Positions 19,738 to 30,163 of a DNA stretch of 64,000 nucleotides are shown here, one piece after another. The stretch covers positions 928,001 through 992,000 of the forward strand of contig CAWGLD010000001.1 in NCBI GenBank assembly GCA_963823335.1, read 5' to 3'. Source of the stretch: an uncultured delta proteobacterium. GTDB taxonomy: Bacteria > Desulfobacterota > Desulfobacteria > Desulfobacterales > B30-G6. A program made the translations under genes and the position numbers. Numbering within the stretch: the first letter of the stretch is position 1; every line of letters begins with the position of its first letter. The notes beneath the pieces were generated by a model. That model saw only the letters and a list, made by a program, of their open reading frames with translations. It had not been told where the DNA came from and made no database searches.

Positions 19738-20553
19738 TTAATCCCCTTCAATAGCCGAAATAAACTCTTGCGGTGGTACCTGTAGGCCGGTCCATAGGGC
19801 AAAGGTTCTGCGAGCCTGATAGGCAAGCGGCATTAGACCATCCAGAAATCGAATCCCTTTGTCCTCGGCAGCCTTCTTCCAGAAGTTTTTCGGTCGGTCG
19901 TAATTGAGGTCCATCATCATTTCACAGGCTGGTAACTCCAAAGAGGCCACCAAGGCTGCCATTTCAGAAGATTCATCCATGCTCGAAACAGATGTGGCGT
20001 TGATGATGATATCAACCGGTATTCTCTGTCCCTCCAGGGAAGAGAGTGTTCTTGCTTCTCCCCCGAAGCGTTTCACCATCTGCTGCAATTTCTCATCGTC
20101 GCGCCCCGCTACAAAAATAGTTTTTGTGCGCAGCCAGTTCAGGATAAAAACAACCGCCCGGGCTGCTCCCCCGGTACCGAAAACCATGGCCGACTTGTCT
20201 TCGACGTCAAAACCGGCATAGGACAAGGCGTCCATAAATCCGATGGCATTGGTGTTGTATCCCTTGAGCTTGCCTTCAATGAGAACGATGGTGTTGACGG
20301 CCCCAATGATATTGGCACCCTCGGACAGGATATCCAGATAGGGAATGACCGCTTCCTTGTAGGGTATGGTAATGTTCGCACCGGCCATGTTCAGGATGCG
20401 AAGACTCTGAAGGGCCTGACCCAGATGCTCTGGTGCAACCTTGAACGGCACATAGATGCCTTTGATACCCATCCGCTTGAATACCATTGAAAATATCGCT
20501 GTGGATTTTGCTCGATATGCCCGTTCGTCAGAGATGATGCAATAGACTTGCAT
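19738..20553 (-). CDS. Shikimate dehydrogenase (AroE)-like protein with altered active site
   Basis: GANITIPYKE, IGAVNTI, GTGGAARA, INATS and DLNY are present, but NTD reads NTN and the HSxSP motif is absent. Confidence 0.8.
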   Translation of the reverse strand: MQVYCIISDERAYRAKSTAIFSMVFKRMGIKGIYVPFKVAPEHLGQALQSLRILNMAGANITIPYKEAVIPYLDILSEGANIIGAVNTIVLIEGKLKGYNTNAIGFMDALSYAGFDVEDKSAMVFGTGGAARAVVFILNWLRTKTIFVAGRDDEKLQQMVKRFGGEARTLSSLEGQRIPVDIIINATSVSSMDESSEMAALVASLELPACEMMMDLNYDRPKNFWKKAAEDKGIRFLDGLMPLAYQARRTFALWTGLQVPPQEFISAIEGD

Positions 20554-20603
20554 AATTTTTTGAGCCCGGTTTTATCAATACACACATGAAAAATCCATAA
20601 ATT

Positions 20604-21920
20604 TCATGAAGTTTCAGGGTTTGGGTACGGATTCACATCCACCAGATCCGGACCCAGATAAGTACGCTCGTTTTCTCCCAGAATGCCCATGGCCAGACAC
20701 ATGATGGTCCAGAGATGTAAGGTGTGGTAGTCCCCCTTGTAATGCTCTTTCAGGTCATGAATTTGAGAATGGCAGTTGTGACATGGTGTGATACAGTAGG
20801 TTGCCTTGGTTTCCGCTATCTGTTCAAATTTTCTACGGCCATAATACCGCCGCTCTTCCGGTAGCCCGGATTGAAGAAAACCGCCGCCGCCGCCACAACA
20901 AAAATTGTTGGAGCGGTTAGGTGTCATATCGATGAAATTCTCTTCCCCTACAATAGACTTGACAATAAAACGGAGGTCTTCCGCTATGGGATCCCCAAGT
21001 GACTTTCTCACCAGCTGGCAGGGATCCTGGACCGTGAATTTGACGCCCAGTTCCTTGTTCCAATCCGAGTTGACCTTCAACTTTCCTTCACGCATCCACT
21101 GCGCGTAGTATTCGATGATTGATTTGACTTCAAACGTATGTTCGATGTTGAACTTGTTCAGTCCGACCCGGACCGAAAAAAATTCATGCCCTCACTCCGT
21201 ATTGAGCCAGACCTTACACCCCAAATCCTCCACGGCCTTGGCTTTTGTTCGAACATTTTTTTCCCACTTCTCGTTATCGGCCAGAAACAGACAGTAATTC
21301 TCCGCTGCCCACCCTTTTGAACCATAGGTCCAGTCCGCACCCACCGTATGGAGAATTTTCCATAGTGGCACCATCTCATCCGGTTCCGTCACGGGCTCCC
21401 GGGAGTTCTGGTTCAGGAAAAATTCAGCCCCGGCCCTATTGATCGAGGCCTGCATCTCTTTGAATTCCGGTTGGGCTTCCTGATATTCTTCCAGCACATC
21501 TTCCACCACGAAGATAAAATCCTCTTCGGTTGCCCCCATGGCACTGCAGGTCTCGTTCTTAAAAGACATTTCACACGATCCATGAATGCCTTTCGGCAGA
21601 TCGTCCTTGGGCCATCGGTTTCTTACATTGAAAACAAGACCTGGAATATCGATTTTCATGGGGCAGGCGTAAATACACCGCTGGCACATGGTGCACATCC
21701 AGGCCCACTTGGAACTCAGGACCTCCTCATCGAGCCCGAGTGACGCCATTCTCAAAAATTTTCTCGGGTCCATCCCTTCCAGTCCAGTGGCAGGACACCC
21801 GGAGGAACAAAGACCGCAGGTCAGGCAGAGATTCAGGTTTCCGCCCTCGGGCAGAATTTTCATAACCTCGTCTTTGAAGATGCTCTTGCTTTTTTTTAAC
21901 TCCAGAACCGGCATTGACAT
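20604..21920 (-). CDS. HdrD/DsrK-like (Fe-S)-binding CCG-domain protein, predicted selenoprotein (Sec243, 438 aa)
   Basis: ORFs 21192..21920 and 20604..21095 are in the same frame and joined via TGA 21192-21194 (WLNTE-U-GHEFFSVRVG...QWMREGK). Two CxxCxxCxxxCP motifs, DPC, CCGGGGG and PCHNC. Confidence 0.9.
21157..21177 (-). promoter_or_regulatory. Bacterial SECIS-like hairpin of the HdrD-like gene
   Basis: UUCGGUCCG-GGU-CGGACUGAA, a 9-bp stem starting 15 nt after the UGA, with a G-initiated loop. Confidence 0.8.
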
Positions 21921-21993
21921 GCTTGACTCCTCACAGTTTCGGACATCAGAAATAAACCGTATGCTTCATCGAATCAGATCGGTCTTGCCCTGT

Positions 21994-22383
21994 TTACATG
22001 TTGAGCATCTGCCTGATACTTTGGGAAATCGCTTCCGCAGAGGCTGGTTTGGCGATATAATCATCTGCTTCCGTACTCATGCCGTCGGCATGGGAATAGC
22101 GGGTAGAGGTCACATGGGATGCCACGGCAGTCAGCAACAGCACCGGAATATCGCAGAGATTGCTGTCTGCCTTGAGTTCCTTGCACATCTCGTAACCATC
22201 TTTTTCCGGCATCATAACATCGAGCACAATAGCATCCGGGGGATTGGCTTGAACCTTTTCCATGCCCTCCACACCATTGTAGGCCAGTTCAACTTCGAAT
22301 CCTTCCTTTTCAAGCTGCCCCTGAACAATGGAGCAGAAGTCAGGCTCATCGTCTACCACCAGTATTCTTTTTTTATCTGTCAT
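21994..22383 (-). CDS. Single-domain response regulator (receiver only)
   Basis: LVVDDE, VLDVMMP, LLTA and YIAKP. GAGG RBS before ATG 22383. Confidence 0.92.
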   Translation of the reverse strand: MTDKKRILVVDDEPDFCSIVQGQLEKEGFEVELAYNGVEGMEKVQANPPDAIVLDVMMPEKDGYEMCKELKADSNLCDIPVLLLTAVASHVTSTRYSHADGMSTEADDYIAKPASAEAISQSIRQMLNM

Positions 22384-22480
22384 GGAAAACCTCCTCTTTA
22401 TAACGTTAAACACCGCACTGATGACCCTCGAACCTTTGACTGAGATCAACTTTTCAAGATGATCAACAACAGGCTTATTC

Positions 22481-23410
22481 CTAAATCTGGGGTCGTGGGT
22501 ACAGACCTGTCTTTTCTACGATCTCGGGAACCTTTTCCTCCCATTCGATGGCCATGACGTGAAATCCGCTGACACCCTCCACCTCTTTCAGGCGTTGAAT
22601 ATCCTCGATGCAGATTTTGATACCTTCTTCGGCCTGTTTTTCCTTAGGCGTATCTGACAGGCGCTTGACCAGTTCATCGGGGACATCCATTCCCGGAACA
22701 CGGTTTTTCATGTATTTGGCCATTCCCGCAGATTTCATGGGTGTCATGCCCGCCAGAATATAGACCTGTTCGTGCAGGCCGCGATCTCTAGCCAGCTTCA
22801 TCCACTCTTCAAACTTATCCAGATTGTAGATGCACTGTGTCTGAATAAATTCTGCGCCAGCCTTGATCTTCTTGGCAAGTCTCGGAACACGAATTTCAAA
22901 GGGATCTGCAAAGGGATTTGCAGCGGCGCCCACGAACATTTGGGGCGGCCGCTTGATATCATCACCCCCCAGAAATTTTCCTTCGTCTCGCATGTGGCGA
23001 ACGGTCTGGACCAGCTGCATGGAATCCAGATCGTGAACATTCTGCCCTTGTGCACAGTCTCCAAAACTCTGATGGTCACCTGAGAGACACAATATGTTGG
23101 CAATATCAAAGGATGCGGCACCCAGAATATCGCTCTGAAGAGCGATACGATTTCGGTCACGTGTCACCATTTGCAGCACCGGCTCCAGCCCCATGAGCTT
23201 GAGACGGATACAGGCGGCCAGGCTGCACATGCGGGTTACCGACGTCTGGTTGTCCGTGATGTTGATAGCATCCACATGATCCTTGATCAGCTCGGCTTTC
23301 TTGATAATGGTATCCGGATCACTGCCGCGTGGCGGACCACACTCTGAGGTTACGGCCAGATGTCCGGCGGAGAGAATTTTTTCCAAGCGACTCGGTGTCT
23401 TCGTTTTCAT
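22481..23410 (-). CDS. metF: Methylenetetrahydrofolate reductase, catalytic subunit
   Basis: ECGPP, NITDN, QMVTRDRNRIALQ, LCLSGD, KIKAGAEFIQTQ and GFHVM. Confidence 0.95.
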   Translation of the reverse strand: MKTKTPSRLEKILSAGHLAVTSECGPPRGSDPDTIIKKAELIKDHVDAINITDNQTSVTRMCSLAACIRLKLMGLEPVLQMVTRDRNRIALQSDILGAASFDIANILCLSGDHQSFGDCAQGQNVHDLDSMQLVQTVRHMRDEGKFLGGDDIKRPPQMFVGAAANPFADPFEIRVPRLAKKIKAGAEFIQTQCIYNLDKFEEWMKLARDRGLHEQVYILAGMTPMKSAGMAKYMKNRVPGMDVPDELVKRLSDTPKEKQAEEGIKICIEDIQRLKEVEGVSGFHVMAIEWEEKVPEIVEKTGLYPRPQI

Positions 23411-24075
23411 GGTTGCACATCCTCCCTCACGACTTTTCTGGGTCCACCTGCCCGGTCGGTGGACCAGTCTTTGATCGGACTCAGATCTTCATATTCTTCG
23501 AATCTGTCCAGAGCCTTGAGACGCTCGACAATCAGTTGCCAGGCACATACCAGTTCCTTGTTTATTTCACACATTCCCTTGCTGGAACCGCCGCAGGGTC
23601 CATTCATGACGCGTTTTGCACATCGGGAAACCGGACAGATACCGCCTGTTCGGGATAGAATGCACTGACCGCAGCCCTGGCATCGCTCGGCCCAGTGGCC
23701 TCGCTCTTCGGTCACGCCCATAAAACAGGTGTCCACCCCAGGATAAATGGGTGTTGAATGGTATTTTTCGGCGGCAAACTGGACACCCACACCACAGGCA
23801 ATCGACACGATGGCATCGTACTGATCAACGACATTGCGGATCTCTTCGAGATATTCGTGATCACACTGACGCTCAAGGGTGTTTTCATCGATCTTCATTT
23901 CCTTGCCCTGGTTCAGAAAATACATGCGCAGGGCCGAGGCCAGAATGCCTACTTCCTTTTTTCCTCCAGCTTCACAGACCGTTACGCACTCATTGCATCC
24001 CAGCACCAGGATTTTATTATGGTCCTTGATGTCCTCAATAATCTCTTCAATCGGTTTTTTGTCGGCGACAATCAT
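23407..24075 (-). CDS. metV: Methylenetetrahydrofolate reductase Fe-S/Zn small subunit
   Basis: GCNECVTVC, RQCD, ACGVG, CQGCGQC...GGICPVSRCAK..MNGPCGG...G.CE...CAW. Overlaps the metF start. Confidence 0.92.
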   Translation of the reverse strand: MIVADKKPIEEIIEDIKDHNKILVLGCNECVTVCEAGGKKEVGILASALRMYFLNQGKEMKIDENTLERQCDHEYLEEIRNVVDQYDAIVSIACGVGVQFAAEKYHSTPIYPGVDTCFMGVTEERGHWAERCQGCGQCILSRTGGICPVSRCAKRVMNGPCGGSSKGMCEINKELVCAWQLIVERLKALDRFEEYEDLSPIKDWSTDRAGGPRKVVREDVQP

Positions 24076-24119
24076 AATTTCATCCTTTTACTTTCCATAA
24101 ACAGATCGGTTATATGAGC

Positions 24120-24551
24120 TCACGCTGCTTTTTTTTTCTGCAACTTGATCGGATTCGGTCCGAGTTCCTTAATCCGTTCCACCATTTTGACCGCCACCTC
24201 TGCGAACAGGGGGCCTTCGCTCGACGCCATGTTGAACATCTCCACACGCTGGCTGCCCACACCCACGGTGTCGAGTATCTTCTTGGCCTGCTCGATCCGT
24301 TTTCGTGCCCTGAAATTCCCACTGGTGTAATGGCAGTCGCCTTCCATGCAACCCACGGCATAGACTCCGTCGGCCCCCTTTTCAAAGGCTTTTAAAATAT
24401 GCAAGATATCGACCTTGCCGGTGCAGGGTACACGAATGATTTTGATATTCGTGGGGTATGTCAGTCGCATGGAACCTGCCAGGTCCGCGGCTGTGTATCC
24501 TCAGAAGTTACAGCAAAATGCGATAATGATCGGTTCAAACAATTGACTCAT
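24120..24551 (-). CDS. mvhD: MvhD-type [2Fe-2S] subunit, predicted selenoprotein (Sec17, 143 aa)
   Basis: ATG 24551 overlaps the hdrA stop. Reads [17 protein letters not shown](TGA 24501-24503)-GYTAADLAGSMRL, in frame with ORF 24120..24470. VPCTG, GADGV and GCMEGDCHY motifs. Confidence 0.93.
24467..24488 (-). promoter_or_regulatory. Bacterial SECIS-like hairpin of mvhD
   Basis: GC-GGACCU-GGC-AGGU(U)CC-AU-GC, with the loop about 21 nt after the UGA. Confidence 0.7.
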
Positions 24552-27500
24552 AAGACCCCCTCCAGCAAAGCTTCTATCTTGCAGATCAGTTGATCATCTT
24601 GATACCAATTCAATTCTATGGCCTTGGCCGGGCATTCCGATGCGCATACCCCGCACCCCTGGCACATGGCGATGTCTATTTCACTCACCCCTTCCTGGTT
24701 GATTTTCGGGACCCCATAGGGGCACGAACGAACGCATACGAGACATGAAGCACATTGATCAGCGTCTACCCAGGCCGTAATGGCTGACAATGTCAGCTCC
24801 GGCTGGGCAAGAAATGTAATAGCCCGGGAGGCGGCGGCACTGGCCTGGGAAATGGTTTCAGATATTAATTTGGGGCTGTGGGCCGTACCGCAGACAAAAA
24901 TGCCTTCCGTGGCCATATCCACCGGTCTCAGCTTGACATGCGCTTCCATGAAAAAACCTTCCGGTGTTCTGGCAAGCTTGACGATGGAAGCGAGCTCAGA
25001 CGTGTCTTCGGCAACCATGCCTGCGCTCAGGACCAACTTGTCCGCCGTTACCATCAACGGTCGATTCAAGACATGATCAAAAAATGTCACCTGCACGCCA
25101 TCTTGCGATGATGCCACCTGAGGCGGGTTCTCCGGTGTATAGCGGAAAAACAGAATGCCCTGTTTTCTGGCCTCTGTATAGTACTCTTCCAGGAGTCCAT
25201 AGGTCCGAATATCCCGGTATAGGACATAAATGCTGGCATCCGGATGATCTTTGCGGATATGCAATGCATTCTTGATGGCGTTCTGGCAGCAGATACGCGA
25301 ACAGTTGGGGTTCTCGTCATTTCGGGATCCAACGCACTGAATCATGACCACCTGCTCCAAAGAACCCGACGGCACATCATCCAGGTGCTGGGCGAATTCC
25401 ACCTGGGTCATGACCCGGTCGTCTTCTCCGTACAGATACTCTTTGGGCTGATATTCCTTTGCGCCGGTAGCCAGTATTACAACGCCATGCTCGATTTTTC
25501 GTTCGTACATACCCGGTCCAACCAGAACTTCCGTGGTGAAATTGCCCTTGAAACCGGAAAACCCCACAATCAGGGACTGAGTCAGCACCTGGATTCTTTC
25601 ATGGGTCATCACACGGTCCGAAAGCCGCGTCAGATAAGGCTGAATTTCGGCGCCTTCAATGGTGGCCTTCAGCTGGTTGGCCATACCCCCCAGACGATTC
25701 TCTTTCTCCACCAGAAACACCTCGTATCCCTGGTCTGCAAGTCCCAGGGCGGCATTCATCCCGGCAATGCCGCCACCCACCACCATGGCTTTTTGAATGA
25801 CCGGGATGGTTTTTTCCTGGAGTGGATGGAGGGTTGCTACCCTGGCCACGGCCATGCGTACCAGATCCTTTGACTTTTCGGTGGCTTCCTCGGCTTGTTT
25901 GGCGTGTACCCATGATCCCTGGTTACGAATATTCGCCATTTCGAAAAGATATTTGTTCAGTCCGCATTCCCTCATCGTATCCATAAAGATCGCTTCATGT
26001 GTTTTGGGCGTGCAGGCGGCCACGACGATACGGTTGAGGTTCTGCTCCTTGATGATTTCCTTCATCTGGCCCTGAGAATCCTGGGAACAGGTAAAGAGAT
26101 TCTGCCCAACATATGTGACATACGGCAATGTTTTTGCATAGGCTTCCACGGCAGCCACATCCACGACACCGGAGATATTGATCCCGCAGTTGCAGACGAA
26201 TACGCCAATCCGGGGTTCTGCGTCACTCACATCGATTTCTTCCGGCAGATCGACCGAGCGGGTCAAGGTGTTTCGAACCGCTGCAAGGCTTGCACCCGCC
26301 GCACAGGCAGCGGCCGAGGCCTCCGTGACGGAGCTGGGAATGTCTTTTGCCTCCTGAAAGGCACCGCAGACATAGACACCGGGACGCGATGTCTCCACCG
26401 GTGAAAACGGATGGGTCACGGCAAAATGATTGTGATCCATCTCCACATCCAAGCGCCGGGCCAGATCAATGGTCTGCTCCGACACCTGAAGACCGACAGA
26501 AAGTACCACCATGTCGAAGAATTCTTCCTGCATTTCGCCGGCCTCGTCTGCATAGCGGATACGAAGATCTTTCGCTTCTCCAACCTCATCGATGGTATGC
26601 ACCCGGGCCTTGACAAAATTCACGCCCTCCTGGTCCTTGGCTCGAAGATAATATTTTTCAAAATCCTTCCCGAACGTCCGGATATCCATGTTGAAAATGG
26701 TGCAGTCCAAGTTGCCCTGGGCATGCTCCTTGGCCACCATGGCGTCCTTGATGGCATACATACAGCAAACAGAAGAACAATATCCATTACCGCACTGGTT
26801 GTTGTCCCTGGAGCCGATACACTGAAGCCAGGCAATACGCTTCGGCTCTGTTTCATCCGAAGGCCTGATCAGGTGCCCCATGGTCGGACCGGAGGCGCTC
26901 AGCATCCGTTCGAATTCCAGGCTGGTCATGACATTGGGATTCGTTCCATAGTGGTAATGCTTTTCAAGAACAGTGGGGTCGTACGGGCGGCTTCCCGGGC
27001 TGAGGACCACGGAACCCACCTGGATCTCCTTTTCCACGACAGCCTGGTCATGTTCCACGGCACCGGCCAGACATGCTTCTACGCACTGGTAGCATTCTGA
27101 ACAAATCCCGCAGGAAAGACAGCGATTGGATTCTCTTTGCGATATGGCTTCATCGAAACCGAGTTGAACCTCGTTGAAATTGGAGACTCTTTGATCCGGC
27201 GACATGCAGGGCATCTCTTCTTTGGGCAGTTCAGCTACACCCTCCAGGGGCACCTCGTCAATCGGAACCCATGCCTTTTCCCTACCGGCTGAAAGGTCTG
27301 TCCCGCAAACAAATCGATCGATGGATATGGCAGCCTCTTTTCCCGCAGCCACGGCTTCCACAACCGTTGCCGGCCCCGTGACGGCATCCCCGCCTGAAAA
27401 GATATCCGGATCATTCGACTGCAGCGTTACGGGATCCACATTGATGGTTCCCCAATCGCTCAAGGTGCAGGCACATTCATCCGTCAGACAGGCCCAGTCA

Positions 27501-29002
27501 CTTTCCTGGCCAATGGCCGGAATCACTGTATCAACTTCGATGGTAAATTCGGATCCTTCAATGGGTACAGGTCGGCGACGGCCGCTGGCATCGGGTTTAC
27601 CCAGTTCCATTTTAATACATTCCAGCGCTACGACCTTCCCGTTTTCACCGATAATACGCACCGGACTGGTGAGGGTCATGATGTCAATACCCTCTTCCCG
27701 GCATTCTTCGATCTCTACATCATTGGCGGGCATCTCCTCGAAGCTCCGCCGATAAATGACAAACGGTTTGGAAGAACCGGTCCTCAGGGCCGTGCGAACC
27801 GAGTCCATAGCCACATTTCCGCCGCCGATCACGGCTACCCGGTCTCCCAGCTGAACCCTGTTTCCAAGATTGACCTCACGCAGAAAATCAACGCCTGGAT
27901 AAACACCCTCCTGCTCTTCTCCTTCAACACCCAGGACTTTGCATTCATGAGACCCGATGCCAAGAAAAAAGGCCTTGAATCCGTCCTTGCGCAATTGGTC
28001 GATGGTGATGTCTTTTCCGAGCTCGACACCCGTTTTGAATTGAACCCCAAGATCCTTGATTATTTGAATTTCACTTTCGATGATATCTCGTGGCAGACGG
28101 TAGGATGGAATGCCGACGGTCAGCATACCGCCCAGCACCGGCAGTTTCTCAAAGACCGTGACCTGGTAGCCTTCTATGGCCAGGAAATACGCGCAGGTCA
28201 AGCCTGCCGGCCCTGCCCCGATAATTGCTATCTTTTCAGGTCGTTTTGCTTTCTGTTCCGGTACAAAGGGGGCTTTTGCTTCAAGATCCCTATCCGCCAG
28301 AAAACGATGCAGATACTGGATGGACAAGGTTTTGTCCACTTGGTTTCTGGTACAGGCGCCTTCACAGGGATGATGGCACACCCGGCCGCAGACCCCTGGG
28401 AAGGGATGGTCCTGTTTGAACAGTTTCAGTGCTTCCAAATATTTCCCAGACTGAATAAGGGCAATGAATCCCTGGACGCTTACATGTGCCGGACAGGAGA
28501 CCTTGCAGGGCGCCGTACCTCTTTTTTCGATGGCAAAAGCGCCTGGAATCGCCTGGGGATACTGCTTGAAGGCCGCTCTTTTGTCTGAAAGACGTTCATT
28601 GTAGTCGTCGGGCAGGGATACCGGGCAGACCTTTGTGCATTCACCACAACTTGTGCATTTGGCGATGTCGATATACCGTGGCGCCTGACGGATCCCGGCA
28701 GTTAAATTACCCGGTTCTCCTGTGAGAGACATGAGTTCGGTATTGGTTAGAAGTTCGATGTTGAGATGCCGGCCGACCTCGACCAGTTTGGGTGAGATAA
28801 TTCACATGGCACAGTCATTGGTTGGAAATGTCTTGTCCAGCTGTGACATCATTCCACCGATCGCGGAGGATGATTCAACCATGTACACATAATAGCCTGA
28901 ATTGGCTAGATCCAGGGCCGATTGCATACCTGCGATGCCACCACCGACCACCATGACCGAACCGACCAAATCCTTTTTGTGATCACCTGATTGTTTCGTC
29001 AT
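24548..29002 (-). CDS. hdrA: Large HdrA-family flavoprotein (HdrL type: two HdrA modules plus a GltD-like NAD(P)H module), predicted selenoprotein (Sec67, 1484 aa)
   Basis: ORF 28802..29002 ends [12 protein letters not shown] at TGA 28802-28804 and continues in frame ([23 protein letters not shown]) into ORF 24548..28732. Two GGGIAG and two QC.GSR...CS..CC motifs, GltD-like CGRVC..PCE/GAGPAG/GGGNVA, and several ferredoxin motifs. Confidence 0.93.
28769..28786 (-). promoter_or_regulatory. Bacterial SECIS-like hairpin of hdrA/L
   Basis: CUGGUCG-AGGU-CGGCCGG, a 7-bp stem starting 16 nt after the UGA. Confidence 0.75.
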
Positions 29003-29012
29003 TTTTGATTCC

Positions 29013-29882
29013 TTAAACCCTTTTCAGTATCGCCGGGAGCTTATCTTCCCACCCGATTGTGGAAAGCTGCACACCGCAAAAGCCTTCCTTTTTTAGTGTT
29101 TCAACCATTTCTGAAGCAATTTTAATACACTCAGCGACCTTGTCTGGTGCCTTTTGGAGACGCTGGATCAACGAATCGGGAATGAATGTGCTGTTTACAT
29201 TGCGGGATATATAGCGTGCCATTCCAAGGGATTTGAGCAGCAGAACCGTCGGGATTATTTTGGTTTCTGTGCGGTCCACACGCTTGAGAAACGGTTCGAT
29301 GGTGGACAGGTCAAACAAGGGCGGGGTTATGAAAAACGCCGCGCCGGCTTCTTTTTTCTGATCCATCTCTTCCCGTATCAGTTCCGGTGACTTGTCTCTT
29401 GCTCCGGCATCGACGGTTGATCCCACCAGAAAGGTGGGCGCACCATTGAGCTCGATACCGGCCATGTCTCTTCCATTCTGAAGCCCCCTAATGGCTTTCA
29501 ACAGCTCCGGTAAGTCAATATCATGCACCGCTCTGGCCTGGTGGTGATCGCCGAAACTTGGATCTTCTCCCCGGACAACCATTACATTTCGAATACCGCA
29601 ACCATTGGCCGCCAGAAGATCCGCCTGGATGGCGAGACGGTTGCGATCCCTGCAATTGACCTGCATGACCACATCCATGCCCTTAGACTGGAGGATCATA
29701 CCGCATCCCAGGGAACTCATCCGCATCACAGCGTTACGCATCTCCGGTACAACGAATGCATCGACGATTCCTTTAACTCTCTGCGCATTTGCAACCATTG
29801 CGGAAACATTCACCCCTTTGGGGGGTTCCATTTCTACAAGAACGGCAAATTTCCCTGCTTCTAATTTCTGTTTTAGACTCAT
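29013..29882 (-). CDS. Divergent MetF (methylenetetrahydrofolate reductase) paralog
   Basis: [26 protein letters not shown] and K.EAGA.FFIT, clearly homologous to metF at 22481-23410. GGAGG RBS. Confidence 0.88.
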   Translation of the reverse strand: MSLKQKLEAGKFAVLVEMEPPKGVNVSAMVANAQRVKGIVDAFVVPEMRNAVMRMSSLGCGMILQSKGMDVVMQVNCRDRNRLAIQADLLAANGCGIRNVMVVRGEDPSFGDHHQARAVHDIDLPELLKAIRGLQNGRDMAGIELNGAPTFLVGSTVDAGARDKSPELIREEMDQKKEAGAAFFITPPLFDLSTIEPFLKRVDRTETKIIPTVLLLKSLGMARYISRNVNSTFIPDSLIQRLQKAPDKVAECIKIASEMVETLKKEGFCGVQLSTIGWEDKLPAILKRV

Positions 29883-30040
29883 GGGTTACCTCCGAATAAA
29901 GCCGGCGTCCGGTGCTATAAAACCCGCGGTTCCCTTCAACATCGGGACGTGGGCCATGCGAGAGAAATCTTGGGTCGTAAGGTATCGGTCTATTTCAGAT
30001 TCGCTCGCTGTTGCGGTTCAGATGTGTTAACAGACTGCAT

Positions 30041-30057
30041 AGCAATGACTGTGCCAA
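30041..30057 (-). promoter_or_regulatory. Sigma-54 (-24/-12) promoter of the metF'-hdr operon
   Basis: The minus strand reads TTGGCACAGTCATTGCT, matching TGGCAC-N5-TTGC(W), about 160 nt upstream of ATG 29882. Confidence 0.85.
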
Positions 30058-30163
30058 AGCCCCTGTTAATTGCGGAAGGCTAAAAGAACCTATACTATCA
30101 AACAACTATCTTCTTTTACGATCGAAAGTGCACACAAGTATCAGGTCTCGTGGATAGGACGGC

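Noticed and set aside
24548-24550. hdrA terminal TGA as read-through producing an HdrA-MvhD fusion
   Set aside because: mvhD is in a different frame (ATGA overlap), so this is a normal coupled stop.
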